NCBI RefSeq assembly: GCF_021028975.2
Contig: NC_059433.1
Coordinates: forward strand, 62,496,001 to 62,560,000
Source: Sphaerodactylus townsendi
Taxonomy: Eukaryota
Length of the DNA: 64,000 bases
Direction of reading: 5' to 3'
Shown here: one piece after another, positions 11,891 through 23,339 of the stretch
Layout of the letters: every line of letters begins with the position of its first letter
Numbering within the stretch: position 1 is the stretch's first letter
Program-made: the position numbers and the translations under genes
Notes under the pieces: model-generated
Seen by the model: only the letters and a program-made list of their open reading frames with translations
Database searches by the model: none
What the model was told of the DNA's origin: nothing

Positions 11891-12220
11891 TTTTAATGAG
11901 CTAATTTCATTCAAAATTTTTGTAGTTTCTCTAGAAACTTATTTATTTACATTAGTTATAATTAAGCATGGGCCTTTGGCTGTCAAAATACATGTTCATT
12001 AAGAACTCTTTATAAGCATTCATTCTTGGAAAACTGTGTATATACAATTATCCTTTGATAAGAATGGCTCCTGCAGTGATATTTAAATCATGAAAAAAAC
12101 TTGAATGCTGCCCCTCTATAAAAATAAGTTTATAGTAGTAATTTGGGTTTGTTAGATGTATGAGCACAGACTAGACTAATAAGCATATGGTTTACAGAAT
12201 CTGGTTTGGTTTTTTTCCAG

Positions 12221-12660
12221 ACTCATGGAAAAGAAAATTTTGAAGCAAGAATTTCTAGTTTGAACAATGAGATCTCAAAAGTAAAAAAACAATTGTCTAA
12301 GATAAACAGTGAGACCCTGCCTTCACTAGTAAAGAAGGATGCGGAGTTATTGAATATGCCAGTTGTGAAGGGCAATTTTGATCTACAAATTGCTCGGCAG
12401 GACTACTACACATCAAGACAAGACCAAATTTGTCATCAGTTGCTCAAACAGAAGGCGTCGTTTGAAGTTCTTCAGTTGGCTTATGAAATTGAGTTGAGAA
12501 AACTTAGGGATAACAGCCGTCTCCTGGAGAAAATGGTACAAGATCTGAAGCAGAACAATAACGTTTTGGAGCGGACTCTAGAAACAATGTCTGATCCATC
12601 TATATCCCAGTATAAAATACCAAGAAGCACTATTGACTCCAGAGATAATGCTACACATAG
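12221..12660 (+). CDS. HAUS3: HAUS3 coding exon 2 (440 bp)
   Basis: ttccag|ACT...; LLNMPVVKGNFDLQIARQDYYTSRQ...QKASFEVLQLAYEIELRK...TIDSRD; AG|gtaggc, phase 2. Confidence 0.97.
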
Positions 12661-13039
12661 GTAGGCAGCTGCTGATGTTCTGTGAAATTCTGTGTTAATA
12701 TGTAAAGCGTATTGTTAAAAACTGACAATTATATATTTGTTTACATAATTTATACCCCACCTTTCTGCCCTAATTAGAGATTAAAAACCATTAAAACCAA
12801 ACAAAAACACATCATTAAAATCACATCTTAAAACAGGGCAAGAAGGAGGGATCACAGAGGGCACAAGAGACAAAACAAAAGTGTGCACAGATTGGTGGGA
12901 AATGGCATCAAGAGAAAGATGAGACACCCTGGGGGCAGTGGATTGTCTTGCTGTTAGGACTATGAAGACCCTCTTCTAGGTTGCCACCTGCCTAATCTCA
13001 GGAGGTGGAGGCACCCAAAGCAGAACCTCCAAAGATGAC

Positions 13040-13262
13040 TGAAGAAGAGTTGGTTTTTATACCATGCTTTTCTCTATTTTAAGGAATCTCAAAACATCTG
13101 ACAATCACATTCCCCTCCTGCCTCCACAACAGGCATCTTGTGAGGTAGGTGCGACTGAGAGAACTGTGATTAGCCCAAGGTCACCCAGCAGACTTCATGT
13201 GGAGGAGTGCAGAAATAAACCCAGTTCTCCAGATTAGAGTTCACCCTTCTTAACCACTAAGC
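13040..13262 (-). mobile_element. Squamate tRNA-derived SINE
   Basis: (GAA)n tail, CCCAAGGTCACCCAGC core, CTTCTTAACCACT head on the minus strand. Confidence 0.65.
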
Positions 13263-14132
13263 AGTCATAGCTGGTAAAAGGTGGCATTTCCGGCCACAGT
13301 TGCTACCTGCTTATCCAGCAATAGGAGTAGCTCCAGGACATCTCTGAACTACAGTCTTTCCTTCAGGGGCTTACACAAAGATCAGACCTTCCATTTACCA
13401 GTAGAAGTTCCACCTTATTGGGAATAAATTTCAGTTTATTAGCCCACATCCACTCCAAAACTCTCCAGGCACCGGTTCAGGGTTGCTGTAACTTTCCTGG
13501 AATTAGCTGGAAATATATAGAGCTGAGTGAATATTGCTTATATTGGTGGCAGTTCAGGCCAAATCTTTAAATGACCCTATCCTGCGGTTTCATTAAATCC
13601 ATTCTATGGAAGTAAGTTCAGCTGAAACCAATGGAATTTTCTTCAGTAGATTGATTTGACCCTTTAATGCACTGATGTAACAATTGGAGTTCTTTCGTCC
13701 CTTTGTCTTCCACTAGTAGTCCCTTCCGGAACCAAGGAAAGTGGATTCCTAGTGATTGTTGTACCCATTTAGACAGTAGCTGTTAGGAGGTTGCACTGTG
13801 AACAAAGCACAGCTACACTGATGGAATGAGGGACAATTTCACCCTGTCCCCTCTTGGTGCATCTGGCTAAAAGTATCTAACTACCCTAGGAATTGGCTTC
13901 AGAAGGGAGGGGAAAGAAAGCTGCCTGACCATCAGTGCATTCTGCCTTCTAAGATTCTGCATTCATGTGTTACCAATCTGTTCAACAATGTTTGGGTTTA
14001 AAATTAATTAGTCTGGCTACTAAGAAAATATGTTACTTGTGTACTGCTTTGCCAATGCTTTGTTTTTGGTGTTACAGATCTCCAGTAGGCAAGTCTTGTT
14101 TTTTCTTTAACTAACAGTTTTATATCTTGAAG

Positions 14133-14358
14133 GTTGTATCAGCTTCTGGAAGGAAAGAATGCAAACCAGTTGTTCAGAACTAATGAAGGCCTTGAGCAGG
14201 TGGCTGAAAAGCTGCGTCTAGACACAGTGTCATTTCTTGATCAATTAGCAGCGCTGAGTCAAGAGCAAACTCTCCTTCTGTCAAAAATGGATGCTGATAT
14301 AGTTACTCTTCGTGAGTCTGTGTACTCCAGAGGAGATGCGGTCTCTCTTAGTAACCAG
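14133..14358 (+). CDS. HAUS3: HAUS3 coding exon 3 (226 bp)
   Basis: tcttgaag|G TTG TAT CAG = (R)LYQLLEG...QLFRTNEGLEQVAEKL; CAG|gtaagc; phases consistent with neighbours. Confidence 0.95.
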
Positions 14359-15103
14359 GTAAGCAAGTAGATTAGACTCAAGAATATATTTCTCTTAAAT
14401 ATGCAGGTATTTGGTTTCTTGGGTGTTGGTAGCAAGTTGACAAAATACTATAGCAGGGTATCTAAAAATTAGGTAGCTCGTGGCACATGCTCCTGGTGAA
14501 TGGCATCCTGGCCTAGGTTAGCCCTTTCTCTCTGCCCTTCCATTCCTCAGTAGCTGAGGCATTCAGTGCTGTACCCTAACTCCTGCTCTGGGTTTCAGTT
14601 TTCTCATTACTTTTCCCTTCTAAAGTAATTTGTCTTTTCTCTGGTACCCCAAACCATGCAGCTACAGCAAATGCTGGTCTATCATGCTTCTGTCCTACGT
14701 TCATCATGGGAAATGTACGTGCCTAGTGGTCTTGGTGGCTATACCAATTAAAATATGGGTTTTGGTTCAGGCAGAAGCAGCTTCAATGTTTCTAATTGCT
14801 TCTGCATCCTGCAAAGCTCAACAATGCACAGGTGTTCCCAAGAGAGCCAAGAATTTGGGACGGAAAAACTTGGTGGTGATTCTCCTAAATGATTCCTTGC
14901 CTGTTTCTCCCTAATTCAGCATAAAAGCAGGCTTCCATAGAATCCCAAAGCTTAATATTTAAAGAAGCAAATGGAGGAAACATATGGCTTGTGGCTATTG
15001 AAGGCTGGGAACTTAAATTCTAAAATGCAAGTTGCTATTTACCAATATTCATATAAAAGTATAGAAACATGTAAACTTATTTTTGTTTCTGTCTTTTATT
15101 TAG

Positions 15104-15316
15104 GAACTGACCGAGCAGTTTCATCAGCTGGAATTTCAGCTAAATAAACTAAATCAGCTTACTATGGATTTTCTTGCTGATATAAAAGCTAAGAAGAAAG
15201 TTTTGGAGAACAATAAATTACAACAGATTGAAAGAAAATTATATGTTTACTTTTTTAAAGATGAAGAACGCTTGAAGAATGTTGTAGAAAGAATGGAAAA
15301 ACAGGCAAAGACTTAA
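15104..15316 (+). CDS. HAUS3: HAUS3 coding exon 4 (terminal); total CDS 1791 nt, 596 aa
   Basis: tttag|GAA CTG ACC GAG CAG TTT CAT: ELTEQFHQLEFQLNKLNQLTMDFLADIKAKKK...ERKLYVYFFKDEERLKNVVERMEKQAKT*; not in ORF track. Confidence 0.95.
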   Translation, partial: ELTEQFHQLEFQLNKLNQLTMDFLADIKAKKKVLENNKLQQIERKLYVYFFKDEERLKNVVERMEKQAKT

Positions 15317-15454
15317 GTTATTTGTTTGGAAGATTACATTTTTATTTCATAAAACTGAATTTTAATTGGCATGACAAATATTTGTTTTTATGATGAATTT
15401 TGAAATGTTGAATTTAACAAATGCAAGGAAGAAAATGACTGTTTCTGCCACAAC

Positions 15455-15555
15455 AATAAAGACACCGAAAACACCTACAAGTACTGTTAGTTGTTTACTG
15501 GACAACTTGTTTTGGATTTTTTTAAGGTGCTGCTTTTTGTTCTGTGGCAAATAAA
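15455..15555 (+). terminator. Candidate HAUS3 polyadenylation signals
   Basis: AATAAA at 15455-15460 and 15550-15555; a distal one at 17195-17200 is followed by a T-rich tract. Confidence 0.45.
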
Positions 15556-15649
15556 AACCCTAATTTACAAAGCTCAGTGATATAAGACATTTTGCAAGTG
15601 CATATCATCTCCATTCCAACAAAAAAGGCAGAGTATCTTTTCACTCTTG

Positions 15650-16165
15650 GGCTCTTTCCGCATGGGCCAAATGAAGCGTCCCAGGGACGGCAAAAACGCC
15701 ATCCCTAGGAGAGCGTTCGCATGGCCACCGTTGCTGCATTGCAGCAGCGCCGTCCTCCCTTTCCCCAGGCGGAGTGAAGCTGTCCCTGACAACCTCGCTC
15801 ATTGAGCGAGGTTTTAAAAAAACTGCGTCTTCCTTGCAGCATGGTGCGAACCGCACCGCAGGGAAGCTGCCCCTTTCCCTGTCACTCCCACTCACCTGCC
15901 TCTTCAGCGTCACTGTGGAGGACTGCAAGGACCCGCCCATGCTGTCCTCCGACCTCCAGGGGTCCGAGGGCAGCGTGGGCGGGTCCCTGCAGCCCTCCAG
16001 AGCGACGCTGGAGAGGCAAGTGAGTGGGGGAGGGCAACCGAGAGGCGGCTTTGTGTAGAGCCGCCTCTCCAGCTAGGGAGGGAGCCGGGACTGCTCGTGC
16101 GAACACCTCCACAGGCATAAATTATGCTGGTGGAGAAGCGCTGTTGCCGCCTTGCGGAAAGGGCC
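15650..16165. mobile_element. PIF/Harbinger-like non-autonomous element (516 bp, GC-rich)
   Basis: TIRs GGCTCTTTCCGCA / TGCGGAAAGGGCC, 3-bp TSD TTG, internal inverted repeat 15890-16030. Confidence 0.8.
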
Positions 16166-17879
16166 TTGGCTAAAATAGAGAAGGCCCAACACTTACTATG
16201 ACTGTTTGATGTAGTGTTTTTATGATAGTTCTAATTTTATTCTGCTCATTGCTACCTGATACTCCAATAGTTGGTGGTACCTGTACCCCTCCCCAAAGAA
16301 TTAACAAATGCTAATGTTACTAAAAAGCAAACTACGTATTAGTAATTGCAAACAATTTAAATGTTCTATTATTATTTTAGCATTCTAGAAAAGACTTTAA
16401 TCTGCCTTATGTGATTTTGATTTGGCTTTTCACAATAGGTGCCTGCAGGTTTAAGGATTATGGCTGCGTTTTCATGCAGTGCAGAGCATTTGGTCAAGAT
16501 CTTAAACAATTCTTTTTAAACTCAGTGGGCCTCACTTCTAAGTAATTTAACTGTAAAAGTTGATACTATTAAAATGTGAGTTACAGTTAAATAGATATGT
16601 AATTGCGGTGTGCAACTGCTATACATTTTTAACTTCTCAGTGCATTGTGAATATTAAAATGTGTAGATTTTTTTATCACATTCAAATCCTACCAAGGCAA
16701 GGTGCTCAGGGTTAGTTTTAGTTCTATTATAATTTCTGCTTCTTTTCAAAGTGCAACTAGTGGGACTGCTTGCTTGAACATACAGGGCGGAAAAACTGTG
16801 ACATTTCTTCCCACTGGGAGAAAACACCTTTCAGTTCCTATAACTTTTCTCCAGTGAGAGTTAAAAACTGCTGACTGTAAGCAAAGTCACACCCCAAACA
16901 CAGACAGTTCTCAGCCTTTTAAGGGACTTGTGTGTTTGTGGTAGAGTAACATTTGATTTAACTACTGATCTTTCTGTTGTCAAAGAATGCCATTTTTTAC
17001 TTTCTTAGCAGAAGGCTTTGATACAGTTTTAAGCTAGCACCAGAGTATGCAGCTCCTCTTGAACTTAGGGCAACGGTGTGTTTCTATCATACCCTAAGAG
17101 CATCTGTGTTACTGTTTTGTTTAATAATCCAGCCTGTTGAAGACTAGATACCCTCAAAAACTTGTACATTATTTTTAATAATTTGTTTGGTTTTAATAAA
17201 CCATATTATATGACTTTGGTTTTGATTACTTTTGTTATTTTATGATTTTTTTGGTTTTTTGTGGAGCAGTACAGCAATCTGCACCATCTGCAGACATGGA
17301 ATTTACAGTCTCATTAGCATTGCTTCAAAAGAAAGTCATTTATAGACAAAATCCCATTATCTTGTGCAGCCATCACATAGGGTACATAATGGAACAACCC
17401 TGGGTTGCCTCCCCATCAAGAAACCCTGTTCTTTTAATAAGATTTGTACCTCCATTCTATGACAAGCTTCTGCTACCCATTTTAATAGGATATTTACCTC
17501 CCTGCTATGACAAGATTCTGCTACCCGTTTGCACACCTTAAACCCCTTTTCATGAGACATGACATTTTTATCCAGGCCTGTTGGCAAGTGTGCCTGCTCT
17601 TCATTTTCCCTCTATGCCTCTGCCCAGAGGGGAGGGCAGAAGGAACTGCCGGCTGCCAGCTGGGAGCCCAGCTGGTGGGGGGCAGGGGAGAGCAGGGTGG
17701 GCCATGCCCTAGGGGAGGCGTGGCCATGCCCTAGGGGCGGGTGTGGCCCCACCCCCGAACTGCCTCCCCTCTAAAAAATCTATACCCACGTCCCTGAGTT
17801 AGCTCCCTGCTTTTCTTTTATAGTAGAGCTCAATTTAAGCAGGACCCGTTTAGGATTGCAGACCTTAACCATCGGTATA

Positions 17880-18560
17880 TAGTTACGGTGTAAAATTCAG
17901 CCATGATACTTTTGAAACACCCCGGGACAGTCTCCCAGCCGGGGTGGTGCCAGGATTAGGTAGTGAAGGGAATCGCCGACCCGCGCTTCTTTCAGGATAT
18001 AAATCAGCCAGGAGCACGTTCCTCCCCCCACTGGCTCCCCAGAAACGTGCGCGATAATAAAAGTATACTCGAGCGGAGCTTCTGCAGTTCAATACGAAAC
18101 TAAGATCCGCAGGCCTTCAAGGCAACATAGGCAGACGCGAGCTGCTTGGCTCCTCCTTTACAGTAAAGCGGCACAGGAAGAGGCAGGGCCCAGTGGGTGG
18201 AAAGGCCGCTTGTTCCGCACGGTGGCTTTAGCAGCCTCGCTGGCCACAGGAGAGTGCCGGGCTGGGGCGCGGGCAATGTTGCTGCTGGCTGCGGTAGGAG
18301 GGTGCCGAGCGCCAGGGCCAAGGTTGCACGGTGCCGGGCGGTGCAGAGTTCTTCGGCTGCTGGAGAAATGCTCGGTAACCGGCTGGCACCCGCCAGTCCT
18401 CGCTCCAGCCTCGGGCTGCAGGCCGGAACCGCGAACTGGATGGCACAAAGCAGCTCGAGCCTTCCCGAGTATGGCGGGAAGCAAACAGGTGCTGCCTCCT
18501 TAAACGCTTCCTTCTCCACCCGGGTGACCAGCCGAAGGGAATTTCTGAAGGGCTGAATTT
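17880..18560 (+). promoter_or_regulatory. TMEM70 CpG-island promoter
   Basis: CpG-dense region spanning TMEM70 exon 1. Confidence 0.7.
18276..18488 (+). CDS. TMEM70: TMEM70 exon 1 (mitochondrial targeting presequence)
   Basis: MLLLAAVGGCRAPGPRLHGAGRCRVLRLL...SKQ, Arg-rich and acid-poor; CAG|gtgctg donor, 213 bp, phase 0 as exon 2 requires. Confidence 0.8.
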
Positions 18561-19834
18561 CTAAAAAGTGTCATGGTCAGCGTGGTGGGTGCAGGCTGTG
18601 TGTTTGTGGAGTAATGTTTGCGTATGCTCAGGGGCATTCTTTTTAATGTAACTGCTCCCCAAAAAATCCTTTCAGAGACTAAGTTGCACAAGCAACAGTT
18701 GAAAGCACAGGGTGAAAAAACCCTGCCAATCTCCTGAAGGACTCAGGGCGGCTTACAAATAACAGCATATTAAAACAATACAATAGAATGCATAATACAA
18801 AAAGATATACATTATACATCAAAACCAGATTACAACAGATGGCATAGAAATTTTAATTGCATGTCTTTGAATTTATTCGTTTTCTGTGATCACACTTTCA
18901 AGACTGAATCTCTAATAAATGTTTTAGCAAGCACTTTGTTCAGGAATAGGGAATGCAAAGACAGGGCTGCTGTAATCACAGCAAATCTGACAGTAGGAAG
19001 AGAAGCCTATAACTGCAGGGCTGGGGGCTTTTGTTCAGCTGTTTCTCCAACAATGTGAAATTTGTTAAGAAACTGCCTTAACCTGTGAATTTGTTAAGAA
19101 ACTGCCTTAACCTGTGCTGGGTACTTCAGCACCAACAATCTTGGCTTCAAGAGAGGTGTGATGTCTGCAAAGAAGTGGGATTGGGTCTCAAACAGTTAGA
19201 GAAACTTGAAAACTATAACTTTTCTTCTGTTTAAATTGGCTCTTAAATGGTGGGAAGTAAATCTACCTCACGTTCCAGATTATGCGGGGGGGGGGGGGGC
19301 TGATTATAATTATTCAGTGAAGAAAGACACTTCAGGCATGTTCAAAGATGCTTTGTTTCAGGTTCCTGGCCGAAATTAGAATAAACCCAAGATCAAATAG
19401 GTTTTTCCCCTATTTGAATTTGTCCAAATTCAATATTGGTTGTATAGTGTTCTTTAATATTTTAGGGATTAATATAATTAACACTACATACAAAAGGCTA
19501 CTTGAAAAGTGTGTTTGTTATAGGTATGGTTTTGTTGTGGGATTCACTGTGGACTTCAGTAGATTGTTGTTATAGTCATGAAAATCTAAATTTGAGGGCA
19601 TGTATAACATTGGCAAATGAACAAGTGAATGAGTGGATATAAGGACAGATCTTGGTTTGTTGCAGGCCCTCGTTGGATACCATCTTGGGGCAAGAAATGG
19701 TTTGCCTCCCATTGACTGTGAGAAGAGCATCATTTTCCAGCATGGGTCATTGGTTGTTAATGTGTGTACAGCCAGTTTGAGCTGAGTGCCATATTTTAAT
19801 GTTCTAAGCTTGTTGTAACCTGCCCAGAGCCCTT

Positions 19835-20032
19835 NNNNNNNNNNNNNNNNNNNNNNNNNNNNNNNNNNNNNNNNNNNNNNNNNNNNNNNNNNNNNNNNNN
19901 NNNNNNNNNNNNNNNNNNNNNNNNNNNNNNNNNNNNNNNNNNNNNNNNNNNNNNNNNNNNNNNNNNNNNNNNNNNNNNNNNNNNNNNNNNNNNNNNNNNN
20001 NNNNNNNNNNNNNNNNNNNNNNNNNNNNNNNN
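19835..20032. other. Assembly gap (N run) in TMEM70 intron 1
   Basis: Run of n characters. Confidence 0.99.
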
Positions 20033-20067
20033 GACGCCTAATATTGTGCATTATCCTCATCCTCAAG

Positions 20068-20179
20068 GTTCTGTTTTCTCGTGAGACTCCTCTTTGCTGT
20101 TTCAGCACATCATCCCTACATGACAGTTCTGAACTTGGAAGATTGGTTTACTGTGGAAATTTGGCCAAGTTGGTACTCT
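20068..20179 (+). CDS. TMEM70: TMEM70 exon 2
   Basis: cctcaag|VLFSRETPLCCFSTSSLHDSSELGRLVYCGNLAKLVL T|gtaggt, matching human SEDGRLIYTGNMARAVF. Confidence 0.9.
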
Positions 20180-20789
20180 GTAGGTATTTTTGTGTTTGGC
20201 TTTTTTCTGTCTCTTGTTTCTACATCTTTTTAAAATGTTGAAAGTATTTTTCCCCCACGGAAAATGAAACAACAGGTTTCATTTTGGAAGTATATGCTAA
20301 CAGCAGAAAATGGAATTCTTCATTTAAATGATTTTGCCATGCTAAGCCATTATTTCTAGTCCATTGAATGAAGTAACTCTGTTTAGGGCAGCAATTTTAA
20401 TTCACAAATGCCAGGCTAGGCCCTTGCCTGGGAAGAGGGGTATCTGCCCCAATTTGTTGCGTAACTCTAAACTAGAAGAAATCCAGATTCTGTCAGCTGC
20501 TTATTCTGCCTGTTTTGATCTTTCATACTTGGGCAGGGCGAGAGACAAGGAGATGTATGTATGGTAGCACTATGCATTCTTTGTAGCTTTGGTTCACCAC
20601 TTCCACAAGATAGTATGGCTAGCAGAAGCAGTCATAAATATTCTGCACAGCTGATCCAGTTAAAGAGCATTATGGCTGGAGTGGGAATATGCTAATGGGT
20701 AGTTCAGAACGGGTTGCCAAGAATGGTAGGATTCCCAATGTGCAGTGCTTGTTTAATCAAAAGGAAAAGCATGAATGAGTTTCCAGGTA

Positions 20790-21098
20790 TGTTTTTATAG
20801 CTCAGAACATTTCATCGACATCCAAGAGCCTGCGGCCGAGGCCAGTTGCTTCATATATTGTGTCAGGAAAACTCAGGCTTCCTTGGATATACATCTCCCC
20901 TCAGCAAACATATATCTAAGGGAGCATGAGTTTTCCGACACAATATATGAAGGTGCTCAGGAGCAGCAGCCGCAGAAGGCCATTGCTTTCACATCTTGCA
21001 TGTGAGCTCCCAAAGGCAACTGGTGGGCCACTGCAAGTAGCAGAGTTCTGGGCTAGATGGACGCTGGTCTGATCCAGCAGGCTAGTTCTTATGTTCCT
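20790..21098 (+). mobile_element. CR1 LINE 3' end fragment
   Basis: GCTAGATGGACGCTGGTCTGATCCAGCAGGCTAGTTCTTATGTTC tail, same family as the full-length copy at 32.9 kb. Confidence 0.7.
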
Positions 21099-21678
21099 TT
21101 CGGTGAAGCCTGATGGGTGACCTTCAGCTAGCCACCTACCTATGGGAGGGGAAGGGAAGAAGTTGTAAGCTGCTTTGAGTCTCCTTGTGGTAGAGAGAAG
21201 TGGAGTATAAATCCACCTGTTATTCTTCTTCAAGAGCGGCAGACCATCTCCTGGAAGCACCCTAAAAGACTTTGGGTTGGATTATGCAATGCATGGACAG
21301 GAAAGGAAAAATAGACTTAGTGCAGCTCTACATGCAAGCAAAACAGCAGTGTACATTTGGAGCAATGAAATGTACAACAGGTTTCATTTAATCTGGTTTT
21401 GCAGTTGCATCAGAAGAGATATTGTATGCTATGTTTTGCATATGCAAAAGAGGTAGGGAGGGATACAAGCAGTTTCACTCAGTATAAGCAGATAGTGAGG
21501 AGTAATGTTAGCACTTCATTGATGCAAGGATTGTTGTGCATGCAGCATTTGCTGTGGAACCAACCTTATGGGCTGTGTGAGTTATTTAATGGTTGCATGT
21601 TGATAAAGTATATTGCAAACTGCAGAGGAGGTTACTGTTAACTTAATTTTTTACCTTTACTGTCTCTTTCTCTTACAG

Positions 21679-22130
21679 GTGTGAAATTTTTCTCCTACTC
21701 TACCAGCATGTTTAGTCTTTGCATGATGCCTTTCATCATCTCCACAACAGGGATAAGTTCTGACAGCCTGCCCTTGCAAATTGCCTTTTATAGTATTATA
21801 GGATTCTTTACATTTGTGACACCAATTACCTTGCATTTTATTACAAAGGGCTACGTGATTCGCTTATATCATAAGGCTAAAACGGACACCTACACGGCCA
21901 TTACATACAGTGCCATTTTGGCAGAAAAGAAAACTGTATTCCATCAGAAGGATGTGAAAATCCCGGACATCAGCAAGATGTTCACAACATTTTACGCTAG
22001 AACAAAATCAATGCTTGTAAACCCAGGGCTATTCCATTATGCTGAAGACTATAACCATCTTATGGGATATGATAAGCCCTTCACATTTGACCTGGAAGAA
22101 TCAAAAGAATCCATGGAAGGCAAACTCTAA
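21679..22130 (+). CDS. TMEM70: TMEM70 exon 3 (terminal); total CDS 777 nt, 258 aa
   Basis: cttacag|GT GTG AAA: VKFFSYSTS...[18 protein letters not shown]...[12 protein letters not shown]...[15 protein letters not shown]...[10 protein letters not shown]. Confidence 0.97.
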
Positions 22131-23333
22131 AGTATCAGATGGTTGAGTTTTAGAAATTTGTATATGTGCAGATGACTCACAGTTTGCAAAATCCCCAAAG
22201 CATTTTCTCCGTTTAAAAAGTTCGCTCACAATGTCTTTAAACATTGATTAAAACTGAAATTAATTTTGAAAAAAGAGTATGTAGAAGGTGCCTTATGTGC
22301 GATTAGCATGAGTCCTATCTTTAGTCATTAAGTACATCTGATATTTGTATGTTTCATCTTGCAAACTTTAGAGGGTCATCTGTGTATGGGGAGTACTCTT
22401 TTTCTAACTGAGTGTTTGTTCAGGGTGGGCAATGCCCCATGTGAAATTCATAAAATTTTCTTTAGTGTTGTAACCCCTTTGTGTATCCCTTCCAGCCATG
22501 GCCAAGTGCATACTATACTAGAAGCATTCTTGTGAAATACAAATCAATGTTTGTTTGTTTGTTTTGCGTCAAGTCATATCTGAGCTAGGGAAGCATCATT
22601 TTTTCATCTGTGGGGAACACCCATTTTGATTCAGCTGCCTCCAGGATGATAACTTGAAACCTTGTAACTTTTTGTGATTGGTTCCGAAACCCATGGTAGC
22701 CATGTTGAGATGGTGCCCCACTATCTGTTCTCAAAATTCCAAAAGTACTGTGAGGCTCCATAAGGTTTGGGACCACCATGTTAAATCTTGAACAAGCAAG
22801 TCTTGCCCTTTGACTGGCAACATATGCTGAAGTACAGCAGCTCCATTTAAAAGACCCTCACTGTATAAGATTCTGGATCCTGGAGTGTTCCTACACATGA
22901 TCATTCACTTTTTGGTCCCTCAAAATGTTCGTATTTATGTCCAGTTTAGTCTTTGTTTTTGTGGAACAGAAGTAAGAAAAAATGGGCAATTTGTAGTATT
23001 AATGTAGGTTGTGGCCAATGTAGGCTTTACATTTGCAAAAACCACTTTGAACCCCATGTGTGAAAAAATTCATTGCTTGTTCCATCTTTCAGCATACTTG
23101 AAGAAAGACTTGGCAGTGCTGGGCTGATATTGGTATACTGATTGTGTCCAGAGCTATTGCTCAACATTGGTGAATAGTATTCTTGACGGCTACCACTATA
23201 ACTGCAATATGACTATGAAGCCTTGGAGGGTGAAAAAGTTCTTGAAATATTTGTAACTTACATGTGAGATGAGTGTATTAAGTTCATAGAAATATTAAAC
23301 TGGTGTTCTTCTTTGGTGTGTGTATCTTAGACA

Positions 23334-23339
23334 AATAAA
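23334..23339 (+). terminator. Candidate TMEM70 polyadenylation signal
   Basis: AATAAA ~1.2 kb after the stop; a proximal ATTAAA lies near 22247. Confidence 0.35.

Noticed and set aside
15574-16118. Five overlapping ORFs downstream of HAUS3
   Set aside because: They lie within the GC-rich Harbinger-like MITE; no transposase or other motif
19518-20108. 196-aa minus-strand ORF
   Set aside because: Artefact of translating through the N gap; partly antisense to TMEM70 exon 2
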